A DNA stretch of 64,000 nt from Escherichia phage T2: sequence record NC_054931.1; one strand, given 5' to 3'. The notes below the pieces were generated by a model. It worked only from the letters and a program-made list of their open reading frames with translations. It was not told where the DNA came from and searched no databases. Within the stretch, counting starts at the first letter, position 1. Each line of letters starts with the position of its first letter. Below are positions 10,552 to 20,697 of the stretch, one piece after another. The position numbers and the translations under genes are program-made.

Positions 10552-11154
10552 TTATAGATTAAATCTTTCAAAATCAAGAGTATAGATAGTGTATGTTGAA
10601 CACTTTTTGTACTCATATCTATCTGCAATTCTAAATACACTTCCAGCTGGTATCATTACTTCTTGTTCATCTGAAACTAATTCCATATTACGATAACGAT
10701 GACTATCCGGAAACTTAAAGTTTGGATTGTATTCTTTACAGCGTAGAGCTTTTATAGCATACTCCTGGAAATTGAATACCATAGGAGCTTTGAATTCAAA
10801 AATAACTTGTGTGTTATACTCTAAACCGGAAGCAAAATGTAGAGCTATATTTTTATCATATGAAGCTGATACTACTTTATCAAATGTAATAATATCAATT
10901 CCTTGATTTAATAATTGTTTAGTCTCAACTGGAACACCTCTCCAAAGAGGTTTATCGTTTGGTTCCAAACGAGATTTGATTATTTCATTTAACCAAGTAT
11001 GGTCATCTGGTTTGTTGGTAATACAATGAATTAAAAGTTCAATTTCAGATAAATTAAACCCTTCAGAAAGTAATTCTTCACGAATAGAAGCACGCACCGA
11101 TGCATCCATTGATTTTATTTTAAAATCTTTTAGTTGCATTACTGAGTATTTCAT
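10552..11154 (-). CDS. modA: ModA-type mono-ADP-ribosyltransferase
   Basis: 200-aa ORF; R-S-E triad LWRG / SAS / EQE; length equals T4 ModA. Confidence 0.8.
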   Translation of the reverse strand: MKYSVMQLKDFKIKSMDASVRASIREELLSEGFNLSEIELLIHCITNKPDDHTWLNEIIKSRLEPNDKPLWRGVPVETKQLLNQGIDIITFDKVVSASYDKNIALHFASGLEYNTQVIFEFKAPMVFNFQEYAIKALRCKEYNPNFKFPDSHRYRNMELVSDEQEVMIPAGSVFRIADRYEYKKCSTYTIYTLDFERFNL

Positions 11155-11772
11155 TCAACTACCTCAATATCATAAACTTTAAGTGTTCCAAATGAATCGT
11201 GTAATTTTTCTTTTGAAATAGAAGTTATTCTATACTTTCCAATTGGAATCATCCATTCTTGTTCACGCACAATCATCATTAAGTTATCAGTACGCTCTGA
11301 ATCTAGCCCATCAGTATCTTCATACGTGTACTTAAACTCAGTATTAGGAGAAGAAAGTATAATATCGCATATGGTCAGAATAATTAAAAGCTTTATCAGT
11401 TTTTAAGCGAAATATTATTTCAGTGAAATACTCAACATAAGAAAAACCACATGCTGTGTGCAAACTGGTAGTAAATGAATCTACTCTGTTCGTTGAAAAC
11501 ACTTCTCCAACTTGTAAATCTTTAATAAGTTCTTTTGTTGATTTTGATATACCACGATATAACTGATAAGGTGATTTAGTTAAATGCTTTTTAATGATTT
11601 TATTCAATTGCCGATGAAGAGCTTCATTCTTTTTGGCTTCCATACATTGCCAAAGAACTGACTGTTCAAAGTCAGTAAATTTTTCACAAACCTTTTTATA
11701 CATATCATATTGAAAATCAACGCTTTCAGCTTTTATAGATAACTGTTCAACATCTGCAAGATTAATAATCAT
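11151..11772 (-). pseudogene. modB: ModB-like ADP-ribosyltransferase interrupted by a +1 frameshift
   Basis: N-terminal 142-aa ORF has LYRG and SFTTS; catalytic EQEWMIP lies in shifted frame ending in ATGA overlap with modA; span is 3n+1. Confidence 0.55.
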
Positions 11773-11798
11773 GATAGCCTCCGTATACTTCAGAAGCT

Positions 11799-11828
11799 AT
11801 CATATCATCGTTAGAAAGGAAAGTAAAC
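11799..11828 (-). promoter_or_regulatory. T4-type early promoter upstream of modB-like gene
   Basis: gtaaac 11823-11828 with -10 TATGAT-like 18 bp away; UP-like aaagttgtttac context. Confidence 0.5.
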
Positions 11829-11839
11829 AACTTTTTGAA

Positions 11840-12022
11840 TTATTTTGCCCAGGGAGCCCAGGGCGGAGGGTCAAGATGGTATGAAGCTAGTTCTTCTAGA
11901 AGAGCATCTGGGGCTTCAATTCCATAATTCTGTAATACTATACGGTACTCTTTCTTATAATCACTAGAATCATTCTGGATATTCGTAGAATGATTATCTT
12001 CTAACATCTCAAATAAATCCAT
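11840..12022 (-). CDS. hypothetical protein
   Basis: 60-aa ORF. Confidence 0.3.
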   Translation of the reverse strand: MDLFEMLEDNHSTNIQNDSSDYKKEYRIVLQNYGIEAPDALLEELASYHLDPPPWAPWAK

Positions 12023-12030
12023 ATTAATTC

Positions 12031-12501
12031 CTAGCGATAAAAACCAAAATGACGATTAGCTTCAGCAATCTTTCTTTCTTCTTCGGACATTCTCCAGCGT
12101 AGTCCAACATCAAAATGAGCCCAGACCATTTTAACAAATGCGTGTATGTCTTTAATATCTTCAATAATGAATGTTTTACTTTTCGAAGGTTGACTCACTA
12201 ATTTAACCTTATCATCTTCAAACAAGTCAAAAAGACCATATTCATGAGCTCTTTTATAGCCTTTAATAGTTAAAGCTTCAGAAGAAGAAAACGGTGAATC
12301 AGTATTTTGCAAAATATCTTCAGTATGCTTTATAATTAGAATAATATTTTCTGGATATTTTCTTTCTTTTATATCTTTAATTAAAAAATCCGGATTTTCT
12401 GCTAAAGGAATAATTAATGAGCATTTTTTATCAAGTGTATTTACTGATTTACCTTCTTTAGACATAAATTCTATTGAATAGTGTTTTGCTACTTCAATCA
12501 T
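12031..12501 (-). CDS. hypothetical protein
   Basis: 156-aa ORF. Confidence 0.4.
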   Translation of the reverse strand: MIEVAKHYSIEFMSKEGKSVNTLDKKCSLIIPLAENPDFLIKDIKERKYPENIILIIKHTEDILQNTDSPFSSSEALTIKGYKRAHEYGLFDLFEDDKVKLVSQPSKSKTFIIEDIKDIHAFVKMVWAHFDVGLRWRMSEEERKIAEANRHFGFYR

Positions 12502-12654
12502 GTGATTTCCTTTTGCCTACTAATGGACCGTCGGGAATTTTGTTTTCCTGGATATATTTCTCATTTTCTTCCATCATTTTACTGCCAATTTTAAGAAGCA
12601 AATCCAGTGCTTCATTTGCTTTTGCTTTAGCCTCTTCTAACGTCATATCTTTGT

Positions 12655-12855
12655 TCACGATTTATCCCCATAGATGTCTCTCATCAATTTAAGCGCTGAG
12701 CGTTCTAATTTCTTTTCTTTCTCAGCACTAATCATTGATTTCATCCATTCTTCCGATTCGTTCTGCATTTCTTTATTTGCTTGTTCAACCCAACCATCAA
12801 TGTACATTGAGTTTGGTCTATTGAACCATTCAAGTATTTTCTTCAGAACTTTCAT
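12655..12855 (-). CDS. hypothetical protein
   Basis: 66-aa ORF. Confidence 0.3.
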   Translation of the reverse strand: MKVLKKILEWFNRPNSMYIDGWVEQANKEMQNESEEWMKSMISAEKEKKLERSALKLMRDIYGDKS

Positions 12856-13327
12856 TTGTTTTGCCTAAAACAATAGTAGGATTATCATCAAATTCATGAA
12901 TTTTGAGTAAATTTGGATTTAAACTATTCCATACAGAAGAAATAAAGTATGATAAAGCATCTTCACTCACAATTATAAACTTATTTCCTTTATCTATTTT
13001 CCAACTATATACTGAATCATATGAATAGAAAGATAAAGGTTTATCATTATATTTTTCTGCGCTAACATTAATGTATTCTGATTTAATAAATGCTTCAATT
13101 GCTCTAAATGGAATATTTTGTACAGTTTCAATAATACCAATCTTTTTAAGTTTTATTTCAGCATCTTCTGGAACTGGCATTGAAACGAAATTTTTTACGA
13201 GATACATTGGGTCACAATAACCCTTATCAATCATTACAGCTACAGTAATTGGAACATCTTTAGCAAATGACATACTATTACTGCTAATATACATTTCAAA
13301 CAAAATCGCTTCCATAATTTTCCTCAA
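12830..13327 (-). CDS. hypothetical protein
   Basis: 165-aa ORF. Confidence 0.4.
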   Translation of the reverse strand: MRKIMEAILFEMYISSNSMSFAKDVPITVAVMIDKGYCDPMYLVKNFVSMPVPEDAEIKLKKIGIIETVQNIPFRAIEAFIKSEYINVSAEKYNDKPLSFYSYDSVYSWKIDKGNKFIIVSEDALSYFISSVWNSLNPNLLKIHEFDDNPTIVLGKTNESSEENT

Positions 13328-13656
13328 TCACAAGATGTAGATGAACAACTAGAATCACAAGAACTTCCACATGAATCACCTGCCCATACATGAACAGGAA
13401 CATTAGTATCATATGAATCAGAACTAGACTGTGTATTAGATGATGCAGTAGGTACTGACCAGCGCCAAGGATTTTTATAATATTCTTGGGCTTCTTCATA
13501 AGTCATAGTGACTGCTTCTACTGTTCCATCTCCCATATAAACATACTCAACTACAGTTAAAGGAAGGTAGTCATTTGAAATAGGAACTACACCTTCCCCA
13601 GGAGTCGTAGAGAAAAAATCCGTAAAGAAACTTTTAAACCAATTAAAGATAAACAT
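13324..13656 (-). CDS. hypothetical protein with Cys/Ser-rich C-terminal tail
   Basis: 110-aa ORF ending [19 protein letters not shown]. Confidence 0.4.
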   Translation of the reverse strand: MFIFNWFKSFFTDFFSTTPGEGVVPISNDYLPLTVVEYVYMGDGTVEAVTMTYEEAQEYYKNPWRWSVPTASSNTQSSSDSYDTNVPVHVWAGDSCGSSCDSSCSSTSCD

Positions 13657-13862
13657 TACAAAAAGCCTCTCTTGAATTCGACTTGCTTCTCGCCATAATC
13701 ATATCGAATTTCTGCATTAAATTCGACAGAACCATCTGCGTACATCATAAATGAATGCACAACAACTTCTGTAGACCATGGTTGTAGTTCATATTTCTTC
13801 ATTACATGCCGTGAAATGATAATATCTAAATCTTCATTTGGTTTAATCCAACGATTTAACAT
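13656..13862 (-). CDS. hypothetical protein
   Basis: 68-aa ORF. Confidence 0.3.
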   Translation of the reverse strand: MLNRWIKPNEDLDIIISRHVMKKYELQPWSTEVVVHSFMMYADGSVEFNAEIRYDYGEKQVEFKRGFL

Positions 13863-13959
13863 AGTGCTCTCCTCTATAAGATAATTCTATTATACTATAC
13901 TCATTTTGATATGTAAACTGCAAAAACGAAAAAATGAACCCCGAAGGATTCCTTAAATT

Positions 13960-14217
13960 TTAACCACCAATACCTGGAGTTGGCGTAACAGTCCAAAGAC
14001 CTTCATTTGCAGTAATCCAATCAGCACGCTGATTTTCTTCATATACTGTTGAATATGCTGCTTTTTCTGAATGAAATGTCTGATAATGAGCCCCAGAAAT
14101 TTTGTGAACATCAGAATAAAGAGGGAAAGCTACAGAAATTTCTTTACCCTGAATTGTACCACCGTCAACTGCTTGGTCAAATGTTTTAATATTAACATAA
14201 CCGCGAGTACTAGCCAT
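13960..14217 (-). CDS. soc: small outer capsid protein Soc
   Basis: 85-aa ORF starting MASTRGYVNIKTF with ISVAFPLYSDVHKISGAHYQTF as in Soc. Confidence 0.85.
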   Translation of the reverse strand: MASTRGYVNIKTFDQAVDGGTIQGKEISVAFPLYSDVHKISGAHYQTFHSEKAAYSTVYEENQRADWITANEGLWTVTPTPGIGG

Positions 14218-14233
14218 GTAATTCTCCTTTTAT

Positions 14234-14443
14234 TTAAATTACATGACTATTTATAATAAATTCTCGCGGAACGTTAAAATACCCAATTTTAGTTAATATA
14301 ACAACATCACCATTAATAATTACCGGAGAATAATCTTCTGGAGCATTAAATTTCCAATGGGCTCTAATATTATATCCATCAGAACCAAATGCTCGACTAG
14401 CCGGTCTCCCGGCTTTTTGCCATGCATAAAAATCAAATTTCAT
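14234..14443 (-). CDS. hypothetical small protein (soc.1-like position)
   Basis: 69-aa ORF. Confidence 0.35.
   Translation of the reverse strand: MKFDFYAWQKAGRPASRAFGSDGYNIRAHWKFNAPEDYSPVIINGDVVILTKIGYFNVPREFIINSHVI
14248..14255 (-). promoter_or_regulatory. late promoter TATAAATA upstream of soc
   Basis: plus strand tatttata about 30 nt upstream of soc ATG, followed by SD aaggag. Confidence 0.55.
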
Positions 14444-14634
14444 TTTGAATGCTCTATAATTAATTTTAAAGCTTCTTCACTGACAAAAATTTCGTCAGGA
14501 CCTTCTATAATTTCAACCATACGAAGTTGATTAGTTAAGAGCTCACACACGAGCTCTTTGTTATAATCTTTAAATAGCTGGTCAATACGTTTCTTATGGG
14601 CTTTCTTAAGCTGACGTTTATTTAAACGAGCCAT
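14440..14634 (-). CDS. hypothetical small protein (soc.2-like position)
   Basis: 64-aa ORF with ATGA overlaps. Confidence 0.35.
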   Translation of the reverse strand: MARLNKRQLKKAHKKRIDQLFKDYNKELVCELLTNQLRMVEIIEGPDEIFVSEEALKLIIEHSK

Positions 14635-15152
14635 TAATAGCCTCGGTCTTGACGAGCGAAGTTTTCGGCATTTTTCAGATAATAAAGTTTAAAGATTTCT
14701 TCAGCTGACATTCCAAGAGCAATGAATTTATTCATAAAAAAGTGAAACTGGTCAATCAGTTCAAATTTAATTTCAAGCTGATCTTCAGGAGATAAATCTT
14801 GAATTTTCTTGGATTGCATTTCAGAATAACGTTTCTTCCAAGGTTTCCATACAGCAGAAGCTTCTTTTTCACCATTACTCATACCACCAAGAGAAGTATA
14901 TAGCTCGCGAGTTTCGTCTGCGATATAATCGTCTTGGTTTCGCAGCCAAGCAAGAACTTCTCCTGCAGTTTCAAGTGAATCAGGATGACGATTTGTTTCT
15001 GGTTTATCATTAGCCAAACGAATCTGTAAATGCCGCTGCATATCAAGCATAACCTGCAGTGGGTCAATATTGTGCATAATATTCTCAGCATATGCACGAG
15101 TTGCTTTATCAACACCTTCGATCAAATGAGCGCATTCATTAAAGTGAGCCAT
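14634..15152 (-). CDS. 56: dCTP pyrophosphatase gp56 (MazG-like)
   Basis: ORF; start at MAHFNE gives 171 aa as in T4 gp56. Confidence 0.8.
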   Translation of the reverse strand: MAHFNECAHLIEGVDKATRAYAENIMHNIDPLQVMLDMQRHLQIRLANDKPETNRHPDSLETAGEVLAWLRNQDDYIADETRELYTSLGGMSNGEKEASAVWKPWKKRYSEMQSKKIQDLSPEDQLEIKFELIDQFHFFMNKFIALGMSAEEIFKLYYLKNAENFARQDRGY

Positions 15153-15212
15153 TATTTTTCCTTTCAATTCATTAATAAGTTAAATAATTATATCATTTGA
15201 ATATGTAAGCAA

Positions 15213-16001
<789 letters not shown>

Positions 16002-16005
16002 TCAT

Positions 16006-16551
16006 TTATTGCAGCAAAAATGAATTATACAATTCTTCATCATATGTATTTGATAATAATACTAACACGTTTTGTGATTTAGCATATTCATTAAACCTTG
16101 CTTGGATGGTTGGATTATCAGTAAATGATTCTCTTTTTGTCCATTTATTACGTGGATAATATCCGCATGGCAAAAAATCTAATATCATCAATGACACAGG
16201 GTTTTCAGTTTTTGTGTATTCTTTTAATTTCTCTTTATCTTCTAAATATATTCCAACCGAATCAATAGCTGTACCTCCACCAACTTGGTGTTTAATTTCA
16301 ATTATATGCTTTTTACCGTTGCGAGAAATAACAATATCAAATCTTCTAGTACGCTTTTTAGTTATAAAATTAGAGCAAAACAAATTATTTGATTTTTCAG
16401 TATCATCAATTAAAACCATTTTTTCTTGATAACTAACTGAACAATCAGTGAAATATTCTTTTACTTTATTAAGTATGAAATTTTCAACTACGGCAGATAT
16501 TTTATATGAATCTCCGTTTAAAGCCATTTCATGCACAATTTTATTAATCAT
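16006..16551 (-). CDS. hypothetical protein with PD-(D/E)xK nuclease-like motif, directly upstream of dam
   Basis: 181-aa ORF; RFDIVISRNGKKHIIEIKH (D83...E96-x-K98); SD gaggatga; 13-nt gap to dam. Confidence 0.4.
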   Translation of the reverse strand: MINKIVHEMALNGDSYKISAVVENFILNKVKEYFTDCSVSYQEKMVLIDDTEKSNNLFCSNFITKKRTRRFDIVISRNGKKHIIEIKHQVGGGTAIDSVGIYLEDKEKLKEYTKTENPVSLMILDFLPCGYYPRNKWTKRESFTDNPTIQARFNEYAKSQNVLVLLSNTYDEELYNSFLLQ

Positions 16552-16576
16552 TATATCATCCTCAGCAATTTATTTT

Positions 16577-16606
16577 ATAATACCACAACAAGCTGAGAAA
16601 GTAAAC
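16577..16606 (-). promoter_or_regulatory. T4-type early promoter for the 16006-16551 / dam / 56 transcription unit
   Basis: gtaaac 16601-16606, 18-bp spacer, -10 TATTAT. Confidence 0.5.
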
Positions 16607-16641
16607 AAATTTATGATAAATATTAATTTAAAGGAGGACAT

Positions 16642-16842
16642 ATGGTACAAAAATTAATGGCACTTGTTAATGCCATCAAAGGTAATAAAAAGCGTATAGC
16701 TTTTACTATTTCTGCTATGGTAGGAATTTTACTCTGGAACTTTATTTTATCACCTGTTGCAATTGCACATGGTATTAATATTCCAATAGTTACTCTTGAT
16801 ACATTCGTAGATTTAGCATTTGCTTTAGTTGGGTTAATTTAA
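16642..16842 (+). CDS. small hydrophobic membrane protein on the plus strand
   Basis: 66-aa ORF in an otherwise ORF-free gap; strong SD aggagg 5 nt before ATG; two predicted hydrophobic segments; convergent with gene 61. Confidence 0.45.
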   Translation: MVQKLMALVNAIKGNKKRIAFTISAMVGILLWNFILSPVAIAHGINIPIVTLDTFVDLAFALVGLI

Positions 16843-17867
16843 ATCTTAGCATATTTAGATAACCGCATTTTAGCCATCAACCCCTGGGCAATATTATTTT
16901 TCATATATTCCATAATTTGTTCATGGGATGCACCTTCCTTTCTAATCATATCATTAACATCTTTTGATTTCCAGGGAGATTTATCCCAAAACATAACCCT
17001 TTCTCCTGCATCAACTAATTTAGTCATTCGTTTGATAGTGTCAGGGTGACGAGGTTCATTATCTAAGACCCACACTCGTCTATCTTTAAATGGAACAATT
17101 TCTAGGTCTAATTGACCACCCGTAATAGCTATACCATTTTCAATAAAAAGTGAATCTATAGGTCCTTCTAGAACATATACATCACCATCTTTAACTCGTT
17201 CGACTCCATAGATTTTTGTTGCCTCAGGATAAGCTTTGATGGTGATATATTTTTGAGGAGCATCTTTCTTTAATGCACGTCCTTGAAAAGACTCAGCTTT
17301 TCCACTAGCATTATAAATTGGAATAACAAGACGAGGCTCAGGTATTTCCTTTTTATATGTTCCCGGTGCTATGCTATTAACCAATTTAGGCCATTCGGTT
17401 GTAAACCAAAGATATTTCCATTTATCCTTTGGAATACAACGAGCTTTTACATATTTTATAATTGGATTGTCTTCCGCCAGTTTATCTAATCTAACGCATG
17501 ACGGAAGAGATTTAATTATTTTCTTTTCAGGTTGTTTAGGAAGTTCTTTAGGTTTTTCTACTGGACGACTTTTACCTTTTTCTTTTCTTATTTCAAAGAT
17601 ATACTCACGATATAAATCAGGTTCAAACTCCTTTAAATATATTCCGATTGGTGCATGATAGTTACAGTTATAACAATGAATGTTTCCTTCATTATTATCA
17701 CCATAATACCATCCACGGGCTTTATTTTGGTCGGTTTTTGAATCTCCACACACTGGGCATCTAAACCGCAATTTAAAAGTTGAACTATTATTTACTTGTG
17801 TGAATTTAGGTAAATGAGCTAATGCACGATACGCAAACTCATTATCAATCCAAGGTATTGATGACAT
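16839..17867 (-). CDS. 61: DNA primase gp61
   Basis: 342-aa ORF; zinc ribbon CPVCGD...CYNC near N-terminus; length equals T4 gp61. Confidence 0.9.
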   Translation of the reverse strand: MSSIPWIDNEFAYRALAHLPKFTQVNNSSTFKLRFRCPVCGDSKTDQNKARGWYYGDNNEGNIHCYNCNYHAPIGIYLKEFEPDLYREYIFEIRKEKGKSRPVEKPKELPKQPEKKIIKSLPSCVRLDKLAEDNPIIKYVKARCIPKDKWKYLWFTTEWPKLVNSIAPGTYKKEIPEPRLVIPIYNASGKAESFQGRALKKDAPQKYITIKAYPEATKIYGVERVKDGDVYVLEGPIDSLFIENGIAITGGQLDLEIVPFKDRRVWVLDNEPRHPDTIKRMTKLVDAGERVMFWDKSPWKSKDVNDMIRKEGASHEQIMEYMKNNIAQGLMAKMRLSKYAKI

Positions 17868-18035
17868 TTTTACTCTTCTTTTTCTTTAGATTCCTCTTTT
17901 TTCTTTTTAGGAATCTGTTCAGGACCTTTATTTACTACAGCGCCTGACGTTGTTCCAGTAGAGATATTTTCAGGATTACCACCTGAATCTCCAGCGACCA
18001 TATCTTCTTTGATAAATTCTTTATATGTTTTCATA

Positions 18036-18392
18036 TTAACCTCTATTCATAAAAGCATTAAAAATTTGGTCATCAATAGATGGTGCAGTAATATTTTCTG
18101 TATCATTTAGCAAATCATTAATTTCATCAGATAGCATAACACATGTACCTTTATTTCCTGTAATTGTTACTGCACAATTACGAACGTTTTCTTTATTAAA
18201 TTTTAGGTTAATATTTTCGTAATGAAAATCCTTTAATGCTGAATATATTTTTAAAATAAAATTATCTTTTACTACAATAAACCCAACCTCACTATTAAAA
18301 CGTGGTTCATGGAAACTGTAATAAACCTTTTCATCTATAAAATCGTATGAAATTTTTTCCATTTTTAAATATGAAAATTCAGAACTATGCAT
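18036..18392 (-). CDS. hypothetical protein
   Basis: 118-aa ORF. Confidence 0.4.
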   Translation of the reverse strand: MHSSEFSYLKMEKISYDFIDEKVYYSFHEPRFNSEVGFIVVKDNFILKIYSALKDFHYENINLKFNKENVRNCAVTITGNKGTCVMLSDEINDLLNDTENITAPSIDDQIFNAFMNRG

Positions 18393-18420
18393 ACTAACCT
18401 CTAATTATTCACCTACCACT

Positions 18421-18699
18421 TCAGCGATGATTATTTTTATTATTAAAGTTTTTATCGCAATACAGAACATAATTATACTGCATTACACCACCAGACTTAA
18501 GCTGTTTTTGCACTTCAGCTTTCATTTCAGGACGATCACGCTCAACGATATTCATAATATCTGCTTCAATTTGGGTTTCAACTTCAGTCTGATCCGCAGT
18601 CATAGACCATTCACACAAATCTTTATCATAGCCTGCCATAGCAGGCTGAGCAGCACAAGAAGCTAAAGCAAAAATTGTAGCAAAGATAAATTTTTTCAT
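18421..18699 (-). CDS. sp: secreted protein, Spackle (Sp)-like by position
   Basis: start at MKKFIFATIFALA with SD gaggag; cleavable signal peptide; position between 61 and dmd. Confidence 0.45.
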   Translation of the reverse strand: MKKFIFATIFALASCAAQPAMAGYDKDLCEWSMTADQTEVETQIEADIMNIVERDRPEMKAEVQKQLKSGGVMQYNYVLYCDKNFNNKNNHR

Positions 18700-18728
18700 G
18701 ATTAATCTCCTCAGTAGTTTATGTTTAT

Positions 18729-18758
18729 ATAGTATCTCAATTTCCAATAAAAGTAAAC
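18729..18758 (-). promoter_or_regulatory. T4-type early promoter
   Basis: gtaaac 18753-18758 with -10 TACTAT-like 18 bp away. Confidence 0.4.
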
Positions 18759-18760
18759 AG

Positions 18761-19018
18761 TTATTTTAAAACTTTTGCGTAATCACATGTTACAAACTGT
18801 TTCTCTAGCTTAACGATCTTACGAAAGTATCTTTTGCATTGGCGAATCTGCCGCTTCGTAGGGCGAACAGCAAACTTAATAAATTCCACTCGACCAAATG
18901 GAGGACTTTCTTCTGCTGGAATATCTAACACCAATTCCCACGTATCTGCAATAAGTGCTTTGAATTGCGTATTTTTCCTGACGTTATACGGAGTAGGTTT
19001 AAATAAAACAATATGCAT
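18761..19018 (-). CDS. hypothetical protein
   Basis: ORF; likely start MHIVLFKP at 19018 with SD gaggat. Confidence 0.4.
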   Translation of the reverse strand: MHIVLFKPTPYNVRKNTQFKALIADTWELVLDIPAEESPPFGRVEFIKFAVRPTKRQIRQCKRYFRKIVKLEKQFVTCDYAKVLK

Positions 19019-19019
19019 A

Positions 19020-19202
19020 TTATCCTCGGCAATCCACTTCACACACTTTCTTATCATCAATGAAAGCTTTAACTAATGCTTTATTAACTTCAGCATATTG
19101 AGTAGTAGCCCATTGAACGTCATCTTTCATCATTGTGGTTTCTTTAGTAAACATGCTTTCATTCTTAAACCACCCCATAAAAACTACCTTTACCAATTCC
19201 AT
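19020..19202 (-). CDS. dmd: Dmd, antitoxin against host RnlA/LsoA RNases
   Basis: 60-aa ORF MELVKVVFMGWFKNESMF... matching recalled T4 Dmd length and sequence. Confidence 0.75.
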   Translation of the reverse strand: MELVKVVFMGWFKNESMFTKETTMMKDDVQWATTQYAEVNKALVKAFIDDKKVCEVDCRG

Positions 19203-19231
19203 AACAATCTCCTCATTTAACCAACAAGACT

Positions 19232-19261
19232 ACTATACCATAATCTTGTCAGCTTGTAAAC
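19232..19261 (-). promoter_or_regulatory. T4-type early promoter upstream of dmd
   Basis: gtaaac 19256-19261, 18-bp spacer, -10 TATAGT. Confidence 0.45.
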
Positions 19262-20688
19262 TAAAATTTTAATTCATTCGCCAAAGCATCTAACTGAGCT
19301 CGAGTGGATTCATTTCTTTGATAGCGATTCTGCTCAGCCTGAATCTGTTGTGAACCTGCTACTTCGTTCACTTCAGTTGGAGTAGAATCTTGTTCAATTT
19401 CTACCCATTTCTGATTTCCTTTTTGAACACCCATCAAAAACTTATTCCATTTGTTTTTATCACCATATCGTGATTTGATTTGCTTAATGAGTTGTTGTTC
19501 AGCAGCTGCTAGCTCCTCGGTTTCAATGACTGCAAGCATAAAATCGGCTGTTGCTGGAAGACCGGCAGATTCTGCAATATCGCTCATGTTAACATCGGAA
19601 GAGTCCCAAGCTTGTTTACCAACCTGTGCTGCAGTCCAAAGAACAGTTTCGGTTTCAACAGCCAGAGCACGCAATTCCTCTGCAATAGCTTTAACAGTTG
19701 TGTAACTATTTTCTGAATAAACTCTAATGCGGCAAGATTTACAAATACCTAGATAGTCGACAATAATGATTGTTGGAACAAAATTCTTTTTGAGCTTCAA
19801 TTCATTTAAAAGCGATCGAAATGTATTAGCATCTGCTCCACCGGTAGGATACTGTTTAACGATTAAACGACCGAGAGTAGATTTCTCACGCCATTTTTCC
19901 ATTTTTCCTTTATACTCAGCGTAAGAAATATGCCCATCATCAATGTCATCAAGAGAAACATCAAGCATATTAGCATCAATACGTTTAGCACAGACTTCTT
20001 CTGCCATTTCCATTGAAATGTAAAGAACATTATGTCCGAGCTGTAAATAATCTGCTGCCAATGAACACAATCCTAATGACTTACCGACGTTAACGCCAGC
20101 CATTAAAACGTTCAGTGTTCCAGTCTCAGCTCCGCCTTTAGTAATTTTGTTTAGAATTCTGAGTTTAAATGGAACCTTACGAGCTTTATTCATATAAGAT
20201 AGCCAACGTGCTTCGTAGTCATCCATCCAATCATGACCAACGTAGCTATCAAATGAAATTGATAATGCTTGGCGCATGATGTCAGGAATAGCACCAACAT
20301 CCGGCATTTTCTTATTTCGTTTTTCCGGAGGAAGCTCAGCATTAGTTTGAATTTCGATTATTTTAGACGTAGCATTAAACATCGCCCTTTGCTGAACATA
20401 TTTTTCTGTTTCTTTTACTAACCAGCTGTGGTCTTCCGGAGAATCAGCTAGTTTTGAAATAAGTGTTTTTACACCAGAATATTCTGTTTCAGTAAATGAA
20501 CTATTTTCTAATGCAACATTTAACGCATTAATAGATGGAACGCTATGGTACTCATTAACATGAGATTTAATTAATTTGAATGTATTTTTAGCTGGACCAC
20601 TTTCAAAATATTCTGAATCCATATATGGCCAAACTTTTGAAAAATAAGCTTGATCAAATATGAGATGAGAAAGAATAATTTCTACCAC
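19261..20688 (-). CDS. 41: replicative DNA helicase gp41 (DnaB-like)
   Basis: 475-aa ORF; Walker A GVNVGKS; length equals T4 gp41. Confidence 0.9.
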   Translation of the reverse strand: MVEIILSHLIFDQAYFSKVWPYMDSEYFESGPAKNTFKLIKSHVNEYHSVPSINALNVALENSSFTETEYSGVKTLISKLADSPEDHSWLVKETEKYVQQRAMFNATSKIIEIQTNAELPPEKRNKKMPDVGAIPDIMRQALSISFDSYVGHDWMDDYEARWLSYMNKARKVPFKLRILNKITKGGAETGTLNVLMAGVNVGKSLGLCSLAADYLQLGHNVLYISMEMAEEVCAKRIDANMLDVSLDDIDDGHISYAEYKGKMEKWREKSTLGRLIVKQYPTGGADANTFRSLLNELKLKKNFVPTIIIVDYLGICKSCRIRVYSENSYTTVKAIAEELRALAVETETVLWTAAQVGKQAWDSSDVNMSDIAESAGLPATADFMLAVIETEELAAAEQQLIKQIKSRYGDKNKWNKFLMGVQKGNQKWVEIEQDSTPTEVNEVAGSQQIQAEQNRYQRNESTRAQLDALANELKF

Positions 20689-20697
20689 ACTTACTCC

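Noticed and set aside
11151-11772. Programmed ribosomal frameshifting as the explanation for split accessory genes (modB-like, HNH, P-loop)
   Set aside because: No slippery heptamer with downstream structure was evident at the junctions; indel pseudogenes or sequencing errors are more parsimonious
14879-15115. 78-aa ORF within gene 56 and 61-aa ORF at 25123-25308 within gene 43
   Set aside because: Alternate-frame ORFs embedded in conserved enzymes with hydrophobic low-complexity translation; no SD
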